Shown: positions 11,119 through 19,297 of the stretch, one piece after another
Numbering within the stretch: the stretch's first letter is position 1
How the letters are laid out: each line of letters opens with the position of its first letter
NCBI GenBank assembly: GCA_964424595.1
Contig: CAYRIW010000004.1
Coordinates: 9,206-73,205, forward strand
Length of the DNA stretch: 64,000 nt
Reading direction: 5' to 3'
Origin: an uncultured Erysipelotrichaceae bacterium
Lineage (GTDB): Bacteria; Bacillota_I; Bacilli_A; Erysipelotrichales; Erysipelotrichaceae
The notes under the pieces: model-generated
What the model saw: the letters and a program-made list of their open reading frames with translations, nothing else
Databases searched by the model: none
What the model was told of the DNA's origin: nothing
Translations under genes and position numbers: made by a program

Positions 11119-11130
11119 TCCTTGTTTTTT
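11103..11130 (+). terminator. Intrinsic terminator spanning the convergent helicase and ispG stop codons
   Basis: 9-bp stem CAAGGATCA / TGATCCTTG with loop TGAC, followed by T6. Confidence 0.7.
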
Positions 11131-12179
11131 ATCATAAATTGTATTTCCGCTTTGAGTTCTTCAACGATCTTTTCTTGCGGAACAGATCGAACATAGATGC
11201 CTTTTTTAAATAATAAGGCTTCTTTATGACCACCTGCGACACCGATATCGGCTCGAGATGCTTCTTGTGGTCCATTGACGGCACAACCCATGATGGCGAC
11301 CGTAATGTCTTCATTCAGTTCATCCAAATATTTTTCCATCTCTTTGACAATCGGCAACATGTCATATTGGATGCGGCCACAGGTTGGACACGCGATCAAG
11401 TTGGCGACTTTATCATATAAATCAAAATTCTTTAAGAGTTGTTTTGCAATCTTCAATTCTTCTGTTGGATCGTCACTGACGGAAATGCGCATTGTGTCTC
11501 CGATTCCTAAATGAATCAAAGTCCCAAGGGCTGCGGAAGATTTGATCGCAGCGGACAACATTGCACCAGCTTCTGTCACTCCTAAATGCAAGGGGTAGGG
11601 GAAAACCTCAGCTGCTTTTTGATAGACGGCGATAGTCAAGGGTACTTCTGAGGATTTGAAGGATAAGACAATGTCTTCAAAACCATTTTCATTAAGAATG
11701 TTCACATGGTATTGAGCACTCTCAATCATAGCTTCAACACAGGGTTTTCCGTATTTCTTAAGAATATCTTTCTCAATTGAGCCAGAGTTGATGCCAATGC
11801 GTATCGGGATGCGTTTGGCTTTGCAGGCTTCGACAACTTCCTTGATGTGTTCCGGATTCTTGATGTTTCCTGGATTGATTCGAATCTTATGGATACCGTT
11901 TTGGACCGCCAATAAGGCTAAACGGTAATTAAAGTGGATATCAGCCACGAGAGGAATATTAACTTGTTTGACGATTTCTGCGATTGCATTGGCATCTTCT
12001 TCGTCAAGAACAGCTAAGCGAACGATCTCACAACCATTGCCAGCCAGGGTTTTGATTTGGTTGACGGTTGCGTCCACATCTTTCGTTTTGGTGTTGGTCA
12101 TGGATTGAATGATGATTCGATTCTGACCACCGATTTGGATATCTTTGACCATGACAGGTCGTGTTTCTAGTCGTTTCAT
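11109..12179 (-). CDS. ispG: 4-hydroxy-3-methylbut-2-en-1-yl diphosphate synthase (MEP pathway)
   Basis: 'CPTCGR' and 'MGCAVNGPQEA' Fe-S motifs. Start moved to the ATG at 12179 (MKRLETRP...), which has AAGGAG 5 nt upstream. Confidence 0.92.
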   Translation of the reverse strand: MKRLETRPVMVKDIQIGGQNRIIIQSMTNTKTKDVDATVNQIKTLAGNGCEIVRLAVLDEEDANAIAEIVKQVNIPLVADIHFNYRLALLAVQNGIHKIRINPGNIKNPEHIKEVVEACKAKRIPIRIGINSGSIEKDILKKYGKPCVEAMIESAQYHVNILNENGFEDIVLSFKSSEVPLTIAVYQKAAEVFPYPLHLGVTEAGAMLSAAIKSSAALGTLIHLGIGDTMRISVSDDPTEELKIAKQLLKNFDLYDKVANLIACPTCGRIQYDMLPIVKEMEKYLDELNEDITVAIMGCAVNGPQEASRADIGVAGGHKEALLFKKGIYVRSVPQEKIVEELKAEIQFMIKNKDQS

Positions 12180-12240
12180 AAGCTCCTTTATTGATTGCGC
12201 AATCAAGTATGATTTTGCGACTAAATGCATTATAATACAA

Positions 12241-14295
12241 ATGATGTTAAAAATTACGAAACTTGCACGCGATTTGCGTTTGAAAAAAAATACTGAAGAC
12301 TACATAAAACGCTTCAATCCACGCTTATTGATCTTAAGTGTTTTATTGATTGCTTTGTTTCTAATCGTTTGGATCAATCTCTTTTCGATTCAAATTCTTA
12401 GAAACGATGAATACAGAGAAAAATTGTATAACTTCACAAAAACCTATCAAAACATGGCTTCACCGCGTGGTGAGATACGCGATCGAAATGGAGAGATCCT
12501 GGTCGCCAATCAAGAACGCTTAGCGATTGTCTACTATCCACCGTTGAACATTAGTTCCAGTGAAGAATGGGATTTAGCGTATCAATTCGCAAAAGATTTT
12601 GAGATCGATATTTCAACGTTAACTCAACGTGATCTTAAAGATGTATTCTTGGTGAACTTTCCTAAGGAAGCTGAAGCATTGATTTCAGAAGCGGAGTGGG
12701 ATGCCTATTATGATGGCAAACTAACGGACAATGGCATCTATCAACTTAAAATTGAGCGTTTGACAAGCACACATCTAGAACAATTGTCTGAGATGATGAT
12801 CAAAGCCTATCAAGTCAAGCAAGCAATGAACCAAGCGCCGCGTTTCAATCTTAAAACAATTAAAGATAATGTCAGCATTGATGAAATTTCATTCCTAATC
12901 GCTAATTCAAATCAATACAAAGGCTTTGATGTCTATGTTTATTTTGATCGTTCTTATCCATACGATGCGATGTTGCGAGGTTTGCTCGGCGGTGTCACAA
13001 GTTCGAAACAAGGTCTCTTGTCCGAACGCTTGAATTACTATCTTGCACTGGGATACTCCCGAAACAGTTCGATGGGTAGAAGTGGTGTCGAATACCAATA
13101 TGAAAACTTGTTGAAGGGTGAGGACACGGCGTATACGGTTGATTACAATGATCAAGGTTTAGCGATTTTCAACGAAGCAATCGTAGGATCCAAAGGTCAA
13201 GATTTACGTACTTCCATCGATGTGAACCTCCAATTAAAAGTTGAAGAGATTTTGACGAACAACTTCATTCAAGAGGCAAACAATCCATATCGAAAATACA
13301 TGGATACGATCTATGTCGTGGTCAGTGATCCAAAAACAGGGGATATCTTAAGTTTAGCGGGTATGAAGAAAGAAGGGGATGTTATCTATAACAATCCTGT
13401 TGCCACTTATACGGAATCCTTGGCGGCTGGATCTTCAATCAAAGGTGCCACAATGTATTTAGGCTATAACGAAGGTTTGATTCGATTCAATGAAACCATT
13501 GTCGATGAACCCATTAAGATAGCGGATACACCGATAAAAAAGAGTCTGCGTGACTTAGGACGCGTGAATGATCTTGTTGCTTTGGCGAAGTCGAGTAATG
13601 TTTATATGTTTCACATAGCGATGCGTTTGGGTGGTGCGAACTATGTCTATAATGGCCCTTTGAATATCGATAAACAAGCCTTCACAACCATTCGCAATAC
13701 TTTCAGCCAGTTTGGTTTAGGAACACTTACGGGGATCGATGTACCGAGTGAAACAGTTGGATATATCGGAACTTCGACACTAGGGGGTCATCTATTGGAC
13801 TTTGTCATTGGACAGTATGATACCTATACACCGATGCAGTTGTCTCAATACATCAACACAATTGCGAACGATGGTGTCCGTGTGAAGCCACGTGTCGTCG
13901 TTGAGGCGACGATCACAAATTCGAATCTGACGAGTTACACGAATCCGGTTACGGTCTTATCGACATTGGAGAATGTACCTGCGATCCAACGTGTACAAGA
14001 TGGTTTTAGATTGTGTGTCACCGATGGTTATTGTTCGGCACTAAATGATCTACCCGTTGCGGTAGCGGCTAAAACAGGGACTGCTGAAGCCTTTATGAGT
14101 GATGAAGCGGGAAATTACTTTGATTCACCAAACTCACTCTTAGTTTCGTACGCACCTTTTGATGAGCCTGAGATTTCAATCGCTTGTGCGATTCCTCATG
14201 CATGGAATGACACTTCTCAAACCAATGCCTGTTTACGAATCAGTCGTGATATTTATGCTTATTATTTTAATGAAATATCCAGCAGTGAAAATTGA
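12241..14295 (+). CDS. Class B penicillin-binding protein (transpeptidase, PBP2 type)
   Basis: N-terminal TM 'LLILSVLLIALFLIVWINLF', SxxK 'SSIK', SxN 'SSN', 'KTGTAE'. Start placed at ATG 12241/12244. The upstream TTG extension lies antisense inside ispG. Confidence 0.9.
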   Translation: MMLKITKLARDLRLKKNTEDYIKRFNPRLLILSVLLIALFLIVWINLFSIQILRNDEYREKLYNFTKTYQNMASPRGEIRDRNGEILVANQERLAIVYYPPLNISSSEEWDLAYQFAKDFEIDISTLTQRDLKDVFLVNFPKEAEALISEAEWDAYYDGKLTDNGIYQLKIERLTSTHLEQLSEMMIKAYQVKQAMNQAPRFNLKTIKDNVSIDEISFLIANSNQYKGFDVYVYFDRSYPYDAMLRGLLGGVTSSKQGLLSERLNYYLALGYSRNSSMGRSGVEYQYENLLKGEDTAYTVDYNDQGLAIFNEAIVGSKGQDLRTSIDVNLQLKVEEILTNNFIQEANNPYRKYMDTIYVVVSDPKTGDILSLAGMKKEGDVIYNNPVATYTESLAAGSSIKGATMYLGYNEGLIRFNETIVDEPIKIADTPIKKSLRDLGRVNDLVALAKSSNVYMFHIAMRLGGANYVYNGPLNIDKQAFTTIRNTFSQFGLGTLTGIDVPSETVGYIGTSTLGGHLLDFVIGQYDTYTPMQLSQYINTIANDGVRVKPRVVVEATITNSNLTSYTNPVTVLSTLENVPAIQRVQDGFRLCVTDGYCSALNDLPVAVAAKTGTAEAFMSDEAGNYFDSPNSLLVSYAPFDEPEISIACAIPHAWNDTSQTNACLRISRDIYAYYFNEISSSEN

Positions 14296-14324
14296 TGACA
14301 AATTCATATGATTTGTGCTATATT
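14295..14324 (+). promoter_or_regulatory. Candidate sigma-A promoter for rpmG
   Basis: ATGACA (14295-14300), 18-nt spacer, then extended -10 TGCTATATT (14316-14324). Confidence 0.45.
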
Positions 14325-14349
14325 AATATAGCGTAGCGAGGAAAGTGAA

Positions 14350-14499
14350 ATGAGAGAAAATCTAACTTTAATCTGTACGGAGTGTAAAGAAGAAAACTAC
14401 ATCAACACCCGTAACAAGAAAAAACATCCTGAACGTATGCAGGTCAATAAATATTGCCCTCGTTGCAATAAGCAAACCGTTCACAGGGAGAAGAAATAA
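14350..14499 (+). CDS. rpmG: 50S ribosomal protein L33
   Basis: Manual translation gives '[49 protein letters not shown]' with the CxxC...CxxC zinc ribbon. RBS is GAGGAAAG. At 49 aa it is too short for the ORF track. Confidence 0.93.
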   Translation: MRENLTLICTECKEENYINTRNKKKHPERMQVNKYCPRCNKQTVHREKK

Positions 14500-14521
14500 A
14501 AAGGCCGTTGAGGCTTTTTTG
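14498..14521 (+). terminator. Probable intrinsic terminator after rpmG
   Basis: AAAAAGGCC / GGCTTTTTT hairpin (one G-U pair) with a 5-nt loop and a T-run. Confidence 0.5.
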
Positions 14522-14531
14522 TTAGCTTGAT

Positions 14532-15125
14532 ATGGAAGTAAGAACCTTAGTTTTGGGCTTATTTCAGACCAATACCTACCTTCTTGTTGAAGGGGGAGAG
14601 GTTGTGATCATCGATCCCGTTAGTAAGCCTGATCGTATTCAAGCAAAGATCATGGCAGATGAGAAAGTCGTGGGTATTCTTTTAACACATGGTCATTTTG
14701 ATCATATCGGAGCTGTGGATGATTTGGCGGATCTTTACCAATGTCCGGTTTATCTACATTATGAAGATTATGAACTAACGCAAGATCCTCAAAAGAATTA
14801 TTCACAAACGAAAAAGATTACGTTGAAAACGAAGTTAAGTTTCTATGAAGATCAAATTAAATTGGGTCATTTTATACTAACTATTCATCATACAGCAGGT
14901 CATACACCTGGATCTGTATGCATTGAATACAAAGATGCTCTATTTACAGGAGATACTCTTTTTAAAGAAAGTGTTGGTCGTACCGATCTTTATCGTGGGA
15001 GTCCACAAGAACTTAAGCAAAGTCTTCGTCAGATCGCAAAAATGGATCCTTTGTTAATCGTCTATCCTGGGCATGAGGAACAATCCACTTTAGCCCATGA
15101 ACTTAAACATAATCCCTATCTTTAA
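14532..15125 (+). CDS. MBL-fold metallo-hydrolase (glyoxalase II-like)
   Basis: 197 aa with 'THGHFDHIG' and downstream His/Asp ligands ('HTAGHTPGS', 'TGDTLF'). Confidence 0.85.
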   Translation: MEVRTLVLGLFQTNTYLLVEGGEVVIIDPVSKPDRIQAKIMADEKVVGILLTHGHFDHIGAVDDLADLYQCPVYLHYEDYELTQDPQKNYSQTKKITLKTKLSFYEDQIKLGHFILTIHHTAGHTPGSVCIEYKDALFTGDTLFKESVGRTDLYRGSPQELKQSLRQIAKMDPLLIVYPGHEEQSTLAHELKHNPYL

Positions 15126-15151
15126 ACCAAGTGAAATACTTGGTTTTTTTT
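15124..15151 (+). terminator. Intrinsic terminator
   Basis: AAACCAAGT / ACTTGGTTT stem with loop GAAAT, followed by a T-run. It covers the GTG that the ORF track used as the comGA start. Confidence 0.8.
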
Positions 15152-15184
15152 AGGATTAATCATCTATCCAACGTATATAAAAGT

Positions 15185-16075
15185 ATGCAGTATGAAAAAA
15201 TATTTAAGAAAATGATCACGCAGGCAATTGAGAATAAAGCTACGGATATTCACCTTGAGCTATCAACACTGAGATCACATTGCGAATATCGAACGCTTCA
15301 TGGCCTGGTTCGAAGTCATAACATCAAGGTTGTCCCTGAACTTTTTGCTTACATTAAATATCGTTCAAATTTAGATTTATACACGGATCGAAAGCCGCAA
15401 TCGGGTCGTATCGTGATTCGTTTGTTCAATCAAGACATCTATTTAAGAGTGGCACATTTTAAAAATTATCTGATTGAAACCATGGTGTTACGAATTTTGA
15501 ATCCTCAACAAGCATTGAGTTTCGAAACACTTTTTGATGCCAGTGAACAATCCATTATTCAAAATTTTCTTTCTAAAGATTCTGGTTTAATTCTTTTTGC
15601 AGGCAGTACAGGAAGCGGAAAATCTACAAGCTTGTTCACGATGATTGGGCATTTGAAACAACATAAGATTTACGCTATTGAAGATCCAGTTGAGTTCTAC
15701 TATCCAAATATGGTGCAGTTGGAGATCAACACATCGATCAATTTCGATTTTGAAGCAGCGATAAAGCAAGTTCTTCGGCACGATCCTAATGTCATCATTA
15801 TTGGTGAGATTCGAGATGAGAAAGAAGCAAAGGCTGCGATTCGTTGTGCCTACAGTGGTCACCTTGTCCTATCCACGATTCATGCAAATGATGCCTATTC
15901 CGTCATAGGTCGCTTAGAAAATTTCAAGATCAACAAGCAAGAGATTAAAGAGGTGTTAAATGGAATCATTTATCAAAGATTATTGTACGACAATCAAAAA
16001 CAAATACGCTTCGCTTCTTTTGAAATTATCGATCGGGGTCAAATCGAAAAAACGTCTAAATCCAATGCAGATTGA
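15185..16075 (+). CDS. comGA: Competence pseudopilus assembly ATPase ComGA (type II/IV secretion NTPase)
   Basis: Walker A 'GSTGSGKST', Asp box 'IYAIEDPVEF', Walker B 'VIIIGEIRD', His box 'GHLVLSTIHAN'. Start moved to the ATG at 15185, downstream of the terminator. Confidence 0.85.
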   Translation: MQYEKIFKKMITQAIENKATDIHLELSTLRSHCEYRTLHGLVRSHNIKVVPELFAYIKYRSNLDLYTDRKPQSGRIVIRLFNQDIYLRVAHFKNYLIETMVLRILNPQQALSFETLFDASEQSIIQNFLSKDSGLILFAGSTGSGKSTSLFTMIGHLKQHKIYAIEDPVEFYYPNMVQLEINTSINFDFEAAIKQVLRHDPNVIIIGEIRDEKEAKAAIRCAYSGHLVLSTIHANDAYSVIGRLENFKINKQEIKEVLNGIIYQRLLYDNQKQIRFASFEIIDRGQIEKTSKSNAD

Positions 16076-16961
16076 GTTATTGTTGGAATGTATTGATCAA
16101 AAACTCAGTTTGAGTGAAATCAATCGTATTCTTGGGATTGATCTTTCAATAGAAAATTGGATGCGCTATTTGACAGAGAATGAGCAAATACAAGCAACGC
16201 GTCTAAGTAAGCATCTACATACGATCAATGTCATGGTTCTGATTCTTAAATCTAAGTTGAATACGATTCAACGAAACAGCTTTATCAATCAGATTTATGC
16301 TTATCCGGTTCTACTTTATTTCTTGAGTTTAAACCTATTAAGTTTTGTGATTTTGACTTTGATTCCTTCCACATATGCAAGCATCCAGATTATGAACCAC
16401 AATAAACCCATATTTCTACTTAAGCTTTTGCAGTTTTTTGTAGGCTTGGAATGGGGCGTGCTGATTTTAATGCTTCTTATATTCATCCGATCCAAACATT
16501 TACCACATTTTGAAATCTATATGTATCTCTTCAAACGAAAGAAAAACAATTTGATAACGCTTTGGCAAAGTCATATTCTTATATCAAATCTTCATTATTT
16601 GAATCAAAATTCCATTCCATTCCATACAGTCATGAAAATATTAAGTGAAAGCTCAAACGAAGTTCAAAATAAACTTGCTTTGAGTATCCATAGCAAACTC
16701 GAACAAGGCGCTTCACTGCATGAATCCTTTGAATATCTCGATGAGCAATTGCGCTACACTCTGAGTATTGAAGATTACGAACGAAAAATCGATGATCGAC
16801 TAGAACGTTATTTGTATATCCTGGAGAAGCAAATCCGTTTCAATTTAAAACGCTATGCAACGATTTTCTCGGTCTTTGTTTATTCGCATATCGGCTTAAT
16901 GGTGGTTTTAGTCTATTCAACACTTTTATATCCTTTACAACTTTTGGAGCAAGTCATATGA
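15960..16961 (+). CDS. comGB: Competence pseudopilus platform protein ComGB (GspF family)
   Basis: Polytopic membrane protein directly after comGA. ATG 15960 has a strong SD (AGAGGTG) but overlaps comGA by 116 nt. Alternative starts are TTG 16020 and ATG 16065. Confidence 0.75.
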   Translation: MESFIKDYCTTIKNKYASLLLKLSIGVKSKKRLNPMQIELLLECIDQKLSLSEINRILGIDLSIENWMRYLTENEQIQATRLSKHLHTINVMVLILKSKLNTIQRNSFINQIYAYPVLLYFLSLNLLSFVILTLIPSTYASIQIMNHNKPIFLLKLLQFFVGLEWGVLILMLLIFIRSKHLPHFEIYMYLFKRKKNNLITLWQSHILISNLHYLNQNSIPFHTVMKILSESSNEVQNKLALSIHSKLEQGASLHESFEYLDEQLRYTLSIEDYERKIDDRLERYLYILEKQIRFNLKRYATIFSVFVYSHIGLMVVLVYSTLLYPLQLLEQVI

Positions 16962-17254
16962 ACAAACGTGGTTTTACTTTACTAGAAATGATTTTTGTTT
17001 TATCCGTCATCAGTTTAGTTTTCTTGTTGACAATCCCTAATATACAGAAAGCTTTAAGTCTGTTACATGACAAAGGATGCGAAGCACAGCTTACTCTAGT
17101 GAATGGGGCGATTTTACAATATGAACTGACGTATTTGAATCCACCGTCATCGATTCAAGAATTACTTGACGACGGGTATTTGAGTGAAAGTCAGAGCGTA
17201 TGTCAGGATAATCGTAGAATCGAGGTTGTTGATGGTCAGGCTGATGTCCAATAA
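16958..17254 (+). CDS. comGC: Major competence pseudopilin ComGC
   Basis: Prepilin signal 'MNKRG|FTLLEMIFVLSVISLV' (Gly-Phe cleavage site, Glu at +5). 98 aa. Confidence 0.88.
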   Translation: MNKRGFTLLEMIFVLSVISLVFLLTIPNIQKALSLLHDKGCEAQLTLVNGAILQYELTYLNPPSSIQELLDDGYLSESQSVCQDNRRIEVVDGQADVQ

Positions 17255-17567
17255 AGGATTTACACTGATTGAGATGTGTCTTGTGCTGATGTTTGTAAGC
17301 TTATTGTCATTGATTCCTTTTAAAAGCCTTATTATCTCTACGGATGTGAAGGAGACTGTGAATGAACTTATTTCAACTCAATACACTGCGTTTAAAACGC
17401 ATTCGAGACAAAGTTTTGATCTTCCAAATCAGAATCAGACAATCACATTCAACGCACATGGAAACATCACGCAAGCAACACGAATTGAATTCCATGCTCA
17501 AAAAGTACAACTTACGCTTATGCTTGCCACAGGTCGCATCTTCGTACGAAGGATCGAGTCTGATTGA
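17232..17567 (+). CDS. comGD: Minor pseudopilin ComGD
   Basis: 'MVRLMSNKG|FTLIEMCLVLMFVSLL' prepilin motif. GAGG lies 6 nt upstream of ATG 17232; ATG 17244 is also possible. Confidence 0.75.
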   Translation: MVRLMSNKGFTLIEMCLVLMFVSLLSLIPFKSLIISTDVKETVNELISTQYTAFKTHSRQSFDLPNQNQTITFNAHGNITQATRIEFHAQKVQLTLMLATGRIFVRRIESD

Positions 17568-17712
17568 AGTGCTTTTGTTGTTTGTAATCGTGAATGTGAT
17601 GTTGAATCTAAGTCTAGGCATATTATTAATAAGTAAGGAAGACAAGATTCAAAAGAATGAAATCAAGGAAGGATGTGACATTGAATGCGTCATCAAAATG
17701 GATTCACCATGA
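17524..17712 (+). CDS. comGE: Candidate minor pseudopilin ComGE (short, non-ATG start)
   Basis: Within ORF 17362..17712 only the C-terminal part looks pilin-like: '...SSYEG|SSLIEVLLLFVIVNVML' with Glu at +5. TTG at 17524 is the nearest possible start. The start is uncertain. Confidence 0.4.
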   Translation: MPQVASSYEGSSLIEVLLLFVIVNVMLNLSLGILLISKEDKIQKNEIKEGCDIECVIKMDSP

Positions 17713-18086
17713 TTGAGCTTTTACTGTGCATGGCATTGATTGCTTTGCTAAGTCCCATCCTGGTTAAACTTCTTCAATTCCAAGTCAAGTTTCCAGATCA
17801 AAATGCACTACGCCAGAATCAGCTTGGCATCCTTCAGTTACGCCGCTATCTAAGTTTAGGAATCAATCATGAAATAAATGATGATCGCATCTGTATGAAC
17901 TATAAGGATGAAGATTTCTGCTTTTATCAAAATGAGAATAGTTTGATTGGTACACCTGGAACACAATTCTTTCTGGTTGATGTTCAGAACGTCGTTTTTT
18001 ATGTTGAAGAAACATGGTTGATGATTTCATTCGAATCTAGCAATCGAGCTCATCAATACCAACTCTTGTATGATGCGAAATTTTAG
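17685..18086 (+). CDS. comGF: Minor pseudopilin ComGF
   Basis: 'MRHQNG|FTMIELLLCMALIALL' prepilin motif. 133 aa. Confidence 0.75.
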   Translation: MRHQNGFTMIELLLCMALIALLSPILVKLLQFQVKFPDQNALRQNQLGILQLRRYLSLGINHEINDDRICMNYKDEDFCFYQNENSLIGTPGTQFFLVDVQNVVFYVEETWLMISFESSNRAHQYQLLYDAKF

Positions 18087-18456
18087 TTACTTCACATTTT
18101 TTCTTTATGTCTTTATCCAGTTTATAAAACTTTATCTCATTAATCTGGATATCGTTGCAAATCTATACGATGAGCGTATGTATTATCAACATTTGGAACG
18201 ATACTCGTTTATTGAGTCTTATGCAATTCAAAAAACCATCAAGCAGTTTCATGCGTACTCGTTTGATCCATTTATCATCGAAACAAGTTTAGGTGAGGTA
18301 TACGTTTTATTTATTGATGAGTCTGCCTATCTACATTTTGATTTCGAGAATGAGGTTTTTGCGCAACTTGACTATGATTTAGTGTATGATTCAGCACTCG
18401 CTTATGACATTATTCCTGAAGCATTGTTTCCTAGTGTTGACAAAATTGAGCATTAG
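18070..18456 (+). CDS. comGG: ComGG-like protein (last gene of the comG operon)
   Basis: 128 aa with an N-terminal hydrophobic segment 'FSYFTFFLYVFIQFIKLYL'. Assigned by position only. Confidence 0.55.
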   Translation: MMRNFSYFTFFLYVFIQFIKLYLINLDIVANLYDERMYYQHLERYSFIESYAIQKTIKQFHAYSFDPFIIETSLGEVYVLFIDESAYLHFDFENEVFAQLDYDLVYDSALAYDIIPEALFPSVDKIEH

Positions 18457-18489
18457 CATAAAATAAATATGGCTACAAGGAGAAAAGAT

Positions 18490-19047
18490 ATGATTATAGT
18501 AAACGATTTAAGACCAGGAATAACCTTTGTATATGAAAACAACATTTATAGCGTAATTGAAGCATCCCATAATAAGACAGCGATGCGTCAAATGATCATT
18601 AAAGCAAAAGCTCGTAATTTACGCTCAGGAGCAATCATTGAAATATCATTCACAGGTGGAGACAAAGTTGAACCTGCACATATTGATAAGAAAGAAATGC
18701 AGTACTTATATGATTCTGGGGACGCCTTGGTGTTCATGGATACCAACACGTATGAACAGATTGAAATTCAGAAGTCAAATTTGACATGGGAATTGAATTT
18801 CTTAAAACCAAATGACAATGTAAACATCAGCTCATATGAAAATGAGATTCTTGGTTTGATTCTACCCGATAAAGTAACACTTCAAATCATTGAAACAGAA
18901 CCTGCTATAAAAGGGGACACCGCGACCAATGCATTAAAAAATGCGACTGTCGAAACGGGTCTACAAATGCGTGTACCGATGTTCATTGAACAAGATGAAT
19001 ACATCATTGTCAATACATCGGATGGAAAATACCACAGTCGTGCTTAA
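18490..19047 (+). CDS. efp: Translation elongation factor P with an atypical modification loop
   Basis: 'MIIVNDLRPGITF...' and C-terminal 'ETEPAIKGDTATNALKNATVETGLQMRVPMFIEQDEYIIVNTSDGKYHSRA'. Start moved to the ATG at 18490, which has AAGGAG 7 nt upstream. Confidence 0.92.
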   Translation: MIIVNDLRPGITFVYENNIYSVIEASHNKTAMRQMIIKAKARNLRSGAIIEISFTGGDKVEPAHIDKKEMQYLYDSGDALVFMDTNTYEQIEIQKSNLTWELNFLKPNDNVNISSYENEILGLILPDKVTLQIIETEPAIKGDTATNALKNATVETGLQMRVPMFIEQDEYIIVNTSDGKYHSRA

Positions 19048-19054
19048 ATCTTAG

Positions 19055-19089
19055 TCTCAATCTCTAATTGTTGAGATTGAGATTTTTTT
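19055..19089 (+). terminator. Intrinsic terminator after efp
   Basis: 10-bp stem TCTCAATCTC / GAGATTGAGA with an 8-nt loop, followed by T7. Confidence 0.9.
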
Positions 19090-19098
19090 AAGTATAGC

Positions 19099-19127
19099 TT
19101 GACAACAAATTAACAAACGTATAGACT
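19099..19127 (+). promoter_or_regulatory. Sigma-A type promoter for the FMN riboswitch-ribU transcript
   Basis: TTGACA (19099-19104), 17-nt spacer, TAGACT (19122-19127). Confidence 0.6.
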
Positions 19128-19134
19128 ATAAATG

Positions 19135-19282
19135 AACTTCAGGGCAGGGTGCGATTCCCGACCGGCGGTATACCCCGCGAGCCGAAAGGCAGAACTGGTT
19201 AGATTCCAGTGGCGACAGTAAAGTCTGGATGAAAGAAAGTTTTTTCTTTTTTAATGAAGCCCGGAGTCTCGGGTTTTTCTAT
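19135..19282 (+). promoter_or_regulatory. FMN riboswitch (RFN element) with a terminator-type expression platform
   Basis: 'CUUCAGGGCAGGGUGCGAUUCCCGACCGGCGGUAUACCCCGCGAGCC...GGUUAGAUUCCAGUGGCGACAGUAAAGUCUGGAUGAAAGAAAG' matches the conserved RFN core. It is followed by the hairpin GAAGCCCG/CGGGUUUUUC plus a U-run just before the ribU RBS. Confidence 0.93.
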
Positions 19283-19297
19283 TAAAGGAGGAAAAAA

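Noticed and set aside
12145-12240. 5' extensions offered by the ORF track (PBP 12145, hup 23579, comGA 15131, ispG 12230, deoB 27860, rimP 48850, rhodanese 63067, both ABC genes, SBP 40630)
   Set aside because: In each case an internal ATG with a proper SD gives an N-terminus matching the family, such as a signal peptide or conserved first motif. The extensions run into terminators, riboswitches or neighbouring genes.
17362-17712. 116-aa ORF as a full-length gene overlapping comGD
   Set aside because: Its first ~55 codons overlap comGD out of frame and look like noise. Only the last ~60 residues carry a prepilin-like signal, so I call only a short ComGE candidate from TTG 17524.
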